DNA of 64,000 bases, taken from the NCBI RefSeq assembly GCF_028641065.1, contig NC_073410.1:372001-436000 (forward strand), written 5' to 3'. The stretch is from Leucoraja erinacea. Lineage: Eukaryota. Positions 24,751 through 36,300 of the stretch are shown here, in pieces (positions within the stretch are counted from its first letter, which is position 1; each line of letters starts with the position of its first letter). Below the pieces are notes generated by a model. It worked only from the letters and a program-made list of their open reading frames with translations. It ran no database searches and was not told where the DNA came from. A program made the translations under genes and the position numbers.

Positions 24751-27700
24751 GGTGGTGGAGTCAGTGGACTTGGTCCACTTGGATTATTTTCACACCTCAG
24801 CCTCAGCTGGAGTGGTTCCTATCGTCTGAATTTCAGTCTACTTCACAGATGTTTTAAATGTTTGGTCTAGTGGAGCTGATGTCTTATTTTCTGTTCGAAT
24901 GCCAATATAGTTACGCTGCTGTGAAGCTGCTCGATGAGAAACACTCCATGTTAACTCAGTGCTGGGTTTGTGTGATTGTATGACGATGTGTCCAGCACCT
25001 TTTGCAGTCACAGTGCAGTCTAGCACAGTGGGAAGAGTAGATGAGCAAAGTACATGTTGCTTACAGTGTGTGTGAGGGGAGGTCCAAAGTGATCTGGGTG
25101 CTGATATACGTGGTATTATGGAGCAACTATTGACCGACTGAACTGCGACAATTATAACTTAAAGCCCAATTCTCCCTGGGTGTGTTGTAGAGAATGGCCT
25201 AAAGGTGATGTTTATCGGTCAGCTTAGAGGTTTGAAGGCACCAGAGAGACAACTCTACTGCATTCGTGTATAGTGTGAAATTGTACAGGGAAGGCCTGTC
25301 ATGTTCTTATATTGCAATACAGATTCTGCTCAAAGTTCAGACAACATTGAGATCATGAAAGATGATGTATAAATGCAAATCATTCTTTAAAGAATGCTTC
25401 AAATGAAACCATTGCCTTTCACTAGTTTGACCTTACACAGTGGCTGATTGAGAACTAAAATTGGAAATTTCACACAAACGCTGATCAACGCTGAGAATAA
25501 ACTACTAGATGCAGTCGTGGAGGTGACTGAAGAAATAGGTTGGGGAGGAATGTTGCAAGGCTATGAACTAGACAGTAATATATTTGATGCTATAATCCAT
25601 GAAACATAGAAAATAGGTGCAGGAGTAGGCCATTCGGCCCTTCGAGCCTGCACCACCATTCAATATGATCATGGCTGATCATCCAACTTGGTATCCTGTA
25701 CCTGCCTAGAAGGTTGATGGCATTGTGGAATTGCCACCAACAAATGTCTGTTTCTCTGCATCTTCATTGGATGGAAGTGAAAGGACCTGTGTGGTCTCTG
25801 TTGTACCTTCTGCTTTGTAACCGTATGATTTACCTGTCCAGGTGAATGGATACGGGCCTGAGGTGAGTCAATTGTACAGAATCAGGTAAAGCATTCATTT
25901 TACTTGCTGAAAATAGTTTAGTAACAATAAGTTAGGAATTTTATTTTAAATGTCAGAACTCAAGACAATTAAAAACCTGAACAGAATTGGAAATAGTAGA
26001 ATCAGTGGATAGAAATGTGGGCTTCACTGAGCTTCAAGCCACATTGCAAGGGACCAAATGGATGTGTGGACAAAAGCCCTGCTCTTTGATCACCCCAAAG
26101 GTCACGGAGTAGCCTGGTTTTAAGACATTTAAACATGGATGAAATAGCATTGGAACAAAGGCTATAAACAGCTAATGAATGGAGTTATGTATACAAGCAT
26201 CTGCTCTGGTTTGCAGTGTTTGATTGATGAGGGGGAAGCTGAAAGTAATGATTCCAATCTGAACTATGTCCTTCTCCACAGCTAGAGGTTTGGCCAATCA
26301 TTTAATTATGTTCCTTAACTACATTCTGATCAAGTGGTGTGTTGCCCAATGGCAGGAGAGATGTTGCAGAAGGAGAGAGTGACCAGTCCAGTCCCAGGTG
26401 ATTAACTAATTGTGATTGTATCTTGCTGCATACTAGAGACTGTTTTCAATAGCTTACACTTGCACAACTTCCTCAGTAACATGCTCAGCGATAGCCTGCA
26501 TGGAAGCATTCTGTAAGTACTGCAACACCTTGATGTTTATGTAATGTGTAAGACCTTTACTAAAGAAAGAAAGGGTTGTTTTGCAATGTTGTGCTATGAT
26601 GAGCAAGTTAGATCTGACCACTGAAAGCTGTTCCCTGCCCAACGTTACTGTGCAAGTTAGTGCTGCATGTTTCAAGTTGGCCGTGGTAAAACCGTGGGCC
26701 TTTCACAAAGTGAACAGGCAGGTCGTGTCCACTGGTGGATGATGGCTCCTGGTTAACAGTGGGCTCAAGTGGCTGTGCACAAACAGAGTGAGCGAATGGG
26801 TGGTAAATTTGGTAAATGTGAGGATAGCCACTTAAAGCAGAAAATGCTGAGAATTGTCTGAATGGTGAGAGGTTGAGAAACATTGATAGTCGAAGGGACT
26901 AATGTTCTGGTACTCATCACTGACAGCTAACAGCACGAAAACAAGCTTTCCCTACAATCAGTCTGAAACATCATCTATCCACATTCACCAGAAATGCTGC
27001 CTGACCTGTTGAACACTCCAGCACTTTGTGTATTAAGCAGCGGCTGCAGTTCTTGTTTTTACAAAGTGAGGATGTGTTGGTCTTTATAACAACAGTTGAA
27101 TACAAGTGTAGAGCTGTCTTAACTGTACCATAATATAGTGCCATGGTGAGACTGCAGCCTTGTGCACAGTTATAGTCTGGTTGCCTCCAAAAGGATGCAG
27201 TTATTGGAGGAGTGCTGAAAATTAATCAGGCTGTTCCCAGGAGTTTAGACACAGTGCTGGAGTAACACATCAGGACAGGTAGCACCTCTGGAAACAGAGG
27301 ATCGGTGACGTCTTGGGACAGAACTTTTCTTCAGACTGACCAGAAATGTCACCCATCTTTTTTGCTCCAGAGATGCTACTTGATCCGCTGAGTCACTCAA
27401 GCACGTTGAGTCTCTGGTACAAATAAGAATCTGTAGATCTTTGTTCCTAATTGTTTGTCTGATGAGGACCTGTTGACTCAGTCTTCATGGTGACAGAGCG
27501 AGCTCCTATCGTGTATGGACTGCACTGAGGTCCACCAGAGACGGCACCTCTGAGGAGTCTTTTAGCTTCTCTACCAAGGAGAACCAGGACAGATTCAATG
27601 AGAATCACCAGGATGTCCAGGTGCTAATTCCTAATAAACACAAGGTGCCCCACCATGCCTGAAGAGGAAAGGGCAACAGATTGCATCTGATGCCCTCCCC

Positions 27701-27900
27701 ATGCTTTAAATAACTGCTCCGCCCCAGTAATCTTCTCCATGTACTTGCCCACCGCAAGTCTGACCCTGTTTAGAATCCACATCCCGCCTCTCCTAATCTC
27801 ACTCAGAATGGACACTAGTGAAGCAGTGTAGAGGTCTCGGCTCTCCCTTGCACAGAGGCACTTTGCAAATCCAACCAATTACATCAATTCACCCACTTTC

Positions 27901-27937
<37 letters not shown>

Positions 27938-27986
27938 GAACATTAATGTCACACTGAGGCACTCGGGATATCAGATTGAAGTGTCT

Positions 27987-27992
27987 TTTATT
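27987..27992 (-). terminator. Likely polyA signal of neurofilament-like gene A
   Basis: AATAAA on the minus strand ~260 nt downstream of the stop at 28250. Confidence 0.6.
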
Positions 27993-28249
27993 TGCTCGTG
28001 TTTATACATATTGAGCCCCACATTTCCTCAGCTGGCTATGATGCCTGCAGTATTTAACAGTGCAATGGTTCATGCAGCATTAGCCGAGCTGTAGCCCTGA
28101 GATTATCACCTATTCTCTACAGTACACACTTGTATTCCTGAGACCTGTCTCCACCAACATGCATTTCACATAGTTCCTTTCTGCTTGGTGTATTAGCAAG
28201 CGTTTGGCAATTGTTGCTGCTTGCTGTTCACTTCTTCGCCTTTTGTCCT

Positions 28250-29757
28250 TTACTGTGTCCCCTGGCCGTTCTCTGTGGAAGCTGCTTCATCCTTGGTCTC
28301 AGTCTCTGTCACTGTTTCTTTACCATTCATTGGCTTGGTTCCTGAAGTTAACTGGCTCTCCCCTCCTGCTACTTTGGTGTCTGGCACTTTTGCCTTTTCA
28401 TCCTTGCCCATTAGCTTATCCTCAACCTGATCGCCCCCCTTCACCACCGATGCTCCCGTTACACCTTCACCTTCCTTTGTCTTAGAAATGACTTTTGCTT
28501 CAGCCTTTTGTTCAGAAATCTTTTCTTCAACCTTTCCTTCTGCTTTCTCTTCTTTCTTCTCTTCTGCCTTTTCTTCCACCACCTCTTCTGCCTTCCCTTC
28601 AGCTTTCTTCTCTTCTGCCTTCTCTTCCACCTTCTCTTCAGCTTCTCCTTTACTTCCTCCTTCTCTTCCCTTCTCTTTTCTCTTCCTCCTTTTCTTCAGC
28701 TTTATCCTTTACTTCCTCCTTCTCTTCCACCTTTACTTCCTCCTTTTCTTCAGCTTTATCCTTTACTTCCTCCTTCTCTTCCACCTTTACTTCCTCCTTT
28801 TCTTCAGCTTTATCCTTTACTTCCTCCTTCTGTTCCACCTTTTCTTCCACCTTCTCTTCAGCTTTATCCTTTACTTCCACCTTCTCTTCCACCTTCTCTT
28901 CCTCCTTCTCTTCAGCTTTTTGCTCTTCAGCCTTCTCTTCAACTTTCTCTCCATCTTTTATGTCAGCCTTTTCCTCTTCAGTCTTCTCTTTAACCTCCTC
29001 AACCTTTTCCTTTACTGCTTTCTCTTCAACCTTTTCTTTAGCCTCTTCATCCTTTACTTCAACCGTCTCTTCCTCTTTAAGCTTCTCTTCCTTTCCTTCA
29101 GCCTCATCCTCTTTGACCTCGTCCTCTTTGACCTCATCCTCTTTGACCTCGTCCTCTTTGACCTCGTCCTCTTTGACATCTTTGACCTCATCCTCTTTGA
29201 CCTCCTCCTCTTTGACTTCCACCTTGACCCCCTCCTCTTTGACCTCCTCTTCCACCTGTTCCTCCTCCTTCTCAACCTCTCCATCCTTTCCTACCTGATC
29301 CTCTTCTGCCTCTTCAACCTTATCTTCACCTGTATCCACTTCATCCTTTTGTTCTGTAACCTCCTCTTCATCTTTTTCCTCTTCTTCAACATCCCCCTTT
29401 GCCTCTTCTTCCCCGCCTTTATCTTCTACCTCCTCGGCTTCCTCTCCTTCCTCTGCAGCTTCTCCTGCTTCACTTGGTTCCTTGTCCACATCTCCCTCTC
29501 TTTCTGCTGCCTCGCCTTGTGTTTCTCCATCCTGACCCATCACTATCTTGTAATCAGATTCCAACTCTGCCATGTTAACTTCCTTGGTTGTTGCACTAAT
29601 GATTTCTTCTACAAACCTGTACTGAGGCATGACCTTTGTTGAGGTGGCTTTGGTCTTGGTTGGCATGTAGGTTGCATGTGTTAATGGCTGTGGTTTGTAA
29701 GTATATGTTGAGGGTGTGTAGTCACCGAATCTTGTCTCTTCCCCTTCAAGCAGTTTC
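28250..29757 (-). CDS. Gene A exon 3 ([10 protein letters not shown] + acidic tail)
   Basis: TTTGAAG| acceptor. Continues into ORF 28650-29666, then after a frameshift into ORF 28250-28630, ending TENGQGTQ*. Confidence 0.85.
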
Positions 29758-32535
29758 CTTCAAATACAAAGCAGTAATGTTACAGCGTCAGAGTCATTGA
29801 TAAATATACAGCACAGAAACAGGCCCTTTGGCCCAACTAGTCCATGCTGACCGAGATGTCCCATCTAAGCTAGTCCAATTTACCCGCATTTAGCCCTTAT
29901 GTCCATGTACCTGTCGAAATGTCTTTTAAATGTTGTTATTGTGCCTGCCATGTTCTCCACAGACGCTGCCTGACCTGCTGTTATTCCAGCACTCTGTGTC
30001 TATTTGTAAACCGGCATCCGCAGTTCCATGTATCTCATTCCATGGTGAAGCGCATGTCCCTGCTCTCCTCTCCCGCCGCCAGCACAAGGCGACACAGTCC
30101 CCGGACCTCACCTGTCCGCCGCGATATACACCTGCGCTCCCAAATAAGCACCAGATTTTTAAAATGATTAATGTAGTTCAGAACAGCCCTTTTCGCGTTG
30201 GGGCCGGGACATGGACTGGAGCGACCGGCACCCGGGCGGGACCGCGGCCTCGGGAGTAACTGAGCTCCTTCCCCGCTGGACGGCAGCCAAAGTTGGGGAA
30301 TCGCAACTCAGTATTTGGTTTGCAAACTCTTCCTTTTTATCTTTCCAGATAAACGGTATTCATAATAAGACAGACAAGACCCATGAGAGGAGTTTGTCTT
30401 CATTGATGTACACTACTGTTTGGCAACATTGGTCCTGGAGGTGTCTGGTCATGAAGGGCCGACAGAGGCAACTGCGGGACGCTGCAGAGCGGAGGCTGAG
30501 GGAGGGGAGTAGAGGGGAGAGCGGGGCTGGTGCGCGGCGGGCTAGTGTGGACATGGCTGTGGCACGGAGACCGTGACCTGCTCTCTGTGGAAATGTTCCC
30601 GGTGTCAGCGCCCGTCGTGATGTACAGACCGGGTCGCCAAGCCGCGGTATTTGTGCAACTGCTGAAGCTGCCGCGGCTTCCCGGCATGAATCATTCTTGC
30701 AGCATCTGCAGAGTTGGCCCAGAGTTTATTGATTCCACATCGCGGTTTTACATGTTGCTGTCCGAGTCCAAAGTTAATGGTGATTGGCAGTTGCGCAGTT
30801 TTAACCCTTGCATCGTTCTCGCCGCTGAGGGGGGGGATTCCCTCCAGATAACACGCGGTGTGTGGGTGGGGTCGGGGGGAGAGAGAGGATCCCGCTGCAT
30901 CGTCCATGGGACATCGCCAGCATTGCTGTGTGATTGGAAGCGCCTGGATCTGTCTGCACAGCGCTGGGGCAGTGCCCATCCTACCGACCCCCACCACCTC
31001 CGGTCCCGATATCCCGTACCTCCCGCGGACATGACCCTGTCCCGCCGCCAGCCCGCTCCGGCCCCCGCGTCCTTACCTGTAAGAGGCAATCTCCACATCC
31101 AAGGCCATCTTCACGTTCAGAAGCTCCTGGTATTCCCGCAGATGCAGTACCATTTCCCGCTTTGTATTTTTTAGTTCGTTATCTAGTTGTTGGATGGCGT
31201 CCTGTAAAACACACAGCAGACTGGGATTCGCAATTACAATGAAAAACTGTCTGAAGAAGGGTCTCAGCTCAAAACGCCATCTATTCCTGCTCCAGAGATG
31301 TTGGCCGACCCGCTGTTACTCCAGCACTTTATGTAGTAAACAGCCGGGGGGGGGGGGGGGGGGGGGGGGGTGGTGTAAGTTTCCATATAAGCAAAGAAAA
31401 TAGGTGCAGGAGTAGGCCATTCGGCCCCTCGAGCCAGCAGCGCCATCAATATGATCATGACTGATCATCCACAATCAGTACCCCACCCCGTTCCCGCTTT
31501 CTCCCCATATCCCTTGATTCCGTTAGCCCTATGAGTAATATTCCTCACCTGATAGCCGACTAGATCGGAGTCGTGTCGGGTCTCGACGTCGCCCAGCTGC
31601 TTCTCCAGCGACTCCTTCCTCGCCCGCATGGTCTGTAGCTCGATGTCCCGGGACTGCACCTGGCGGCTGTATTCGCTCAGCTCCTGCCGTGTGCTCTGTA
31701 GGGCGTCTCTGTTCATCGCCGCCGCCTGGTTCAGCTTGGCCACACGGGCATCGAACCACTGCTCGGTCTGGCCCATGTTGTCGCTGCTGCAGCCTTCCAT
31801 CTGAGCCCGGATCGCCCGCAGGGCTCCCGCCAGGTCAGCCTTGGCCACATCCCTCGCCTCCACGCTCACCTGCGCTGCCTGGATGTGGCTGTACAGGTCG
31901 GACACCTCCTCATCGTGGGTGCTCTTCAGGAAGGCGATCTCGTCCATTAGCGACTGCGCTTTACGCTGCAGCTCGAGTGTGGCCATAGTACTGTTGTCCC
32001 GCTCAGTATTACATGCCTGGACACTAGCCTGTGTATCCACACGTGCCCGCGCCTCAGCCTCGCACCTCTCGGCCAGTCGCTGTGCGCTTTCCCGCACCTG
32101 CTCACTCTCCAACATAAACTGTACTTTCTGCTTCTCCGCTTCCACTAGGAGGTTCCGTAACTCGGACATTTCGGGCTCGTAGCCAGCGGCCAGTCCGGAC
32201 TGGCGGCTCTGCCGCTCCCTCAACCCTGCGATCTCGGCCTCCAGCCCGTGGTTCAGCTGCTCCAGTTGCCGCACCTTGTCGATGAAGCCGGCAAAGCGGT
32301 CGTTTAGTCCCTGCATCTGTAGCTTCTCGTTGCTGCCGAGCGCGGCCAGGTCTTCGGCCAGCGCTCCGGGCGGTAACAGGTGCAGGCTGTCCGGGGACTT
32401 GTGCAGCGGGGAGCCGAGGCCGCGGCTAGCGGACAAGGGGCTGTGCTTGAGGGACCAGGCCGGAGTGCGGACCCCCATGTCCCGGGGTAGTCTCCTGGAT
32501 GGGTAAGCATCAAGTAAGTCCCAGCCGAAACTCAT
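28250..32535 (-). CDS. Neurofilament (type IV IF, NEFM-like) gene A, 3 exons, ~870 aa, Glu/Lys-rich tail (whole CDS span)
   Basis: Rod initiation [25 protein letters not shown] and termination [30 protein letters not shown]. Exon layout (large exon 1, 125-nt exon 2, tail exon) as in NEFM/INA. Frameshift near 28645-28680. Confidence 0.9.
31077..31201 (-). CDS. Gene A exon 2 ([42 protein letters not shown])
   Basis: TTTTACAG| acceptor, GTAAGG donor, 125 nt. Confidence 0.92.
31549..32535 (-). CDS. Gene A exon 1 (head + most of rod, 329 codons)
   Basis: Kozak CCACCATGA at 32535 ([15 protein letters not shown]). Ends ..DLVGYQ|GTGAGG. Confidence 0.92.
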
Positions 32536-32584
32536 GGTGGAGCCGGTGCCGCCGTCTGGAGGAATGCTGCGTCCCGTCTCACAC

Positions 32585-32745
32585 ACAACCTTTTATTGCG
32601 GAATCTGTTGCTGACGCCGTCATTTGGTGCTTCCACTCTCCAGGAAATTGGCGATGCTAGCAATCTTACTCTGATTTGCATTTAAACCGGCAATGCCCAG
32701 TCCGATCTCGCCACCTCCTCTGCAGCTAAAATGCCAATGGATTCT
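32585..32745 (-). promoter_or_regulatory. Gene A proximal promoter
   Basis: TATA-like AATAAAA at 32591-32597, CRE-like TGACG half-sites ~32612-32622, CCAAT boxes, octamer ATTTGCAT at 32674-32681. Confidence 0.55.
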
Positions 32746-33144
32746 TCTGCCAACGGAATGTCTCTTCCACCACTTCAGACCATGTTAACGAACAGTACAT
32801 TCCTTGTGAATCTCTCTGAAAGGAGATGTGTGGGGCACGTGTTTTACACAAGAGGGTGGTGGAGGCAGATATGATAGCGGCGATTAGAGGGTTTTAGATA
32901 GGCATATGGATATATAGGGAATGGAGGGATATGGATCACGTGCAGCCCGAGGAGATTAGTTTAACTCGGCATCATGTCCGGCACCAACGTTGTGGGCCGA
33001 AGGGTCTATTCTTGTACTGGCCTGTTCTATGATGTATTGACAGCAAGTTGGCCAGTCTACGCTGTGGGGTGTTGTAGAACAGAGCGATTTAGGAGCACAT
33101 CATTCCTTGAGGGTGGAGTCGTAGGTAAAGGGTAAAAACTGATT

Positions 33145-33905
33145 TTAGCACAAAATGCTGGAGAAACTCAGCTGGTGAGGCAGCATCGATGGAGAGAAGG
33201 AACAGGTGACGTTTCGGGTTGAGACCCTTCTTCAGACTGATGTGGGGGAGGGGTGGGAAAAAGAATGGAAGAGGCGGAGACCGTGTGCTGTGGGAGAGCT
33301 GGGAGAGGGAGGTGAAGTAGGGAGAAAGCATGGACTACCTGAAATTGGAGAAGTCAATGTTCATACCGCTGGGGTGTAAATTACCCAAGTGAAATATGAG
33401 GTGCTGCTCCTCCAATTTGCGGTGGGCCTCACTCTGGCAATGGAGGAGGCCCAGGACAGAAAGGTCAGTGTGGGAATGGGAGGGGGAGTTGAAGTGCTGA
33501 GCCACCGGGAGATCAGGTTGGTTAATGCGAGGTGTTGGGCGAAGCGATCTACAAGCCTACGCTTTGTCTCAACTATAATAGAAGAGGGGAGCCCCTGTTC
33601 CCTAATGAATGAGGACATCTCAGATGCCCTGGTCCTGGGTGCAGATGTGGCATAGACGGAGCAATTGGGAGTAGGAGATAGAATCCTTACAGGAAGCAGG
33701 GTGGGAAAAGTGTATAATAAGTAACTGCAGATGCTGACGAAGTGTAGTCCAGATAGCCATGGGAGTCGGTGGGTTTGTAGTAGATGTCGGTCAGTAGTCT
33801 GTTACATGCGATGGAGATAGTGAGGTCTAGAAACGGGAGGGGGTGTTGGAAATGGTCCAGGTGTATTTGTGCTGGATGGAAGTTGCTGGTGAAATGGATG
33901 AAGTT
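33145..33905 (-). mobile_element. Penelope-like element fragment (pLTR, GIY-YIG, RT remnant)
   Basis: pLTR at 33145-33240, ETKRRLVDRFAQHL motif, and an RT-domain remnant (TDIYYKPTDSHGYLDYTS) at ~33740-33800. Confidence 0.8.
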
Positions 33906-33914
33906 AGATGAAGG

Positions 33915-34390
33915 CAGATTAATTAGCCTACATCAGTCAGAGTATTGAATATAGAAGTTGGGAGGTCATGTTGTACAAGATGTTGGTGAGGCCGCATTTA
34001 GAGTATTGTGTTCAGTTATGGGCACCGTGTTACAGGAAATACGTTGTCGAGCTAGAAAGGGTCCACAGAAGATATACTAGGATGTTGCCAGGACTAGAGG
34101 GTGTGCGTTATTGGGAGACGTGGAGTAGGCTGGGTCTCTATTCCATGGAGCGCAGGAGGATGGGCTGATCTTATAGATGTGTACAAGATCATAGAGGAAT
34201 AGATCGGGTAGATGCACAGTCTCTTGCCAGAGTAGGCGAATGGAGGACCAGAGGACATAGGTTTAAGGTGAACGGGAAAAGATTAAATAATAACCTGGGG
34301 TAACTTTTTCACACGGTGGGTGTATGGACCAAACACGGGCAGGTGGGACGTGTTGGTCAATGTGGGACTCTGGGCCGAAGGGCCTGTGAC
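33915..34390 (+). mobile_element. CR1-like LINE 3' fragment
   Basis: ORF LYKMLVRPHLEYCVQLWAPCYRKYVVELERVHRRYTRMLPGL. Confidence 0.85.
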
Positions 34391-35249
34391 TATGGCCACC
34401 ATCAAGGCCCGGAGCATGAGTGTGATGGGACGCTATCCACCCATTACCCCCACCGTGGCTGCCTTGCTGGGGCTGCTCCATGAGGAGATGGGTCAGTGGG
34501 GCAGGGATGGTGGTGGTGGTGTGGGGGAGTCGGGGTGGGGGATAGACAGACACGGTGCCGCTTTAAGGGAGACTGTCTCTGCCGCCCCGCCCTCTGCTGC
34601 AGCGGCTCTGAGTCAGGACTTGACCGCCGCGTTACTGCAGCGGTGACTGGAGGAGGGGGTGGTGTGTGTGGGTGGGGGAGACTGCGGGGGAGACCCCGGG
34701 CCGGAGGAGGGGCGCATGGTCACGGGTGCAGGTTGAAACTGCACCGGTGCGGATTCCGCACTCGCTGCGGACAGTGGGACACTCGCTAGTCAGAGCAAGG
34801 TGACCGCTGGTTAAATCTGACGAGAAATTCAACTGGCCAGAAACTTAGGAACATAGAAATATTTTCACATTTGAACATCAGTCACAGAGTCACCACTGCC
34901 CTGGGCGCGGTAGTAGAGATATACTATGGAGTCAGAGTCATTACAGCACGGAAACACTTCTGCACCACTCGCCCATGCCCACAAGATCCGCTCTAAACTT
35001 GTCCCGTTACCCGCGCATGGCCCGCATCCTCTAAGTCTGCAGGAAAATACCGTGCTGGAGGAACTCAGCGACAGGCAACCTGAAGAAGGATCCCGATCCG
35101 TAAACAGCATCTGTCCATTCCCTCCACTGATGCTGCCTGGCCCGCACTCTGCTCAACATTTCAGCATCTGTAGTTGCTTGTGTCTCCAAAACATGTGCTA
35201 TCTATCTACCTGTTTAATGTGTCTTGCCTCTACAACCAACACCGACCGC

Positions 35250-36300
35250 TGGCACCACCCTCTGTGTGGCAAACATTGCTCCTCAGGTTATTATTAATCC
35301 CTCTAACCTTAATTCAATGCTCTCTAGGTTTAGACGCCTCTACCCTGGGAAAGACTGTTCACCTAATCTATCTGCTGGAGATTCATTACACCTTTATGAG
35401 GCCACTCCTCAACCTCTATGCTACATGGGAATGTCCCAGCCTTCCAGCCTCTCTTTATTACTCAATCCTTTCTGTCCCACTAACATCCTGTGAATCTTAT
35501 TTCCACCCATGCATGACATCCTTGCTATAGTTGGGTGACCAGCGCTGCACACAATACTCTGTGTGACCTCACAAACACCCCCCCCCCTCCCCCCCCCCCC
35601 CCCCCCCCATCAGTTTGAAGAAGGGTTTCGGCCTGAAACGACACCTATTTCCTTCCCTCCATAGATGCTGCTGCACCCGTTAAGTTTCTCCAGCATTTTT
35701 TTGTACCTTCCAAAAGCCTTCTTCATTCCCCTGTCTACCTGTGTTGCCACATTCAGGGAACTATGTACCTGAACTCTCTTAGTTTTCTTTGCTCTACCAC
35801 GGACTTCCTGCCGTGTAAGTCTAGCCTTGGTTTATCTTACCAAAATGCAAAACGATGTCATCATCTGTTAAATCCCAATTGCCATTCCTCGCTTTCCCTG
35901 TTCATCATGATCCTGTAGTAATTGTAGATAACCACACCACCAATTTTGGTGCCATCCGCATTATTAACCATGTTAACAACATTGTCATCCAACTTGTTAA
36001 TATAGATGTCAAACCACATGGCCCTGCACCGGCCCCTGCAGTACAGCACTGGTCACACTTGGCTAGCCCACCCCATATTCCCATTGACCTAATCTTCCAG
36101 AGCAACTAATCAGACAGGACCTTGTCAAGGTTCTGCTAAAGTCTAAGTAGATGGCATTACTACTCTGCCCTCGTCAATCCTCAGTCTCCTCAAAACCCTC
36201 ATTCAAATTGGTGAGGCATGATTTTCCACACAAGGCAATGCTGACTATCCTTCTTCAGTCTTTGTTTTCCAAATGCAGGTAGACCCTGTCCCTTAGAATG
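35250..36300 (-). mobile_element. Degenerate CR1-like LINE with a nested Penelope pLTR (35608-35710)
   Basis: Minus-strand FDIYINKLDDNVVNMVNNADGTKIGG (CR1 RT, F/YADDTK-like). Confidence 0.6.

Noticed and set aside
25842-25862. 21-nt microexon-like segment (CCAG|...|GTGAGT)
   Set aside because: It lies beyond the VDAC2 polyA site with no host gene, so it is likely chance.
28488-29642. Phe/Leu- and Ser-rich + strand ORFs resembling membrane proteins
   Set aside because: They are the antisense shadow of the E/K-rich neurofilament tail.
32536-32586. N-terminal extension MCETGRSIPPDGGTGST in the ORF track
   Set aside because: It starts at a non-ATG codon. The strong-Kozak ATG at 32535 is the likely start.
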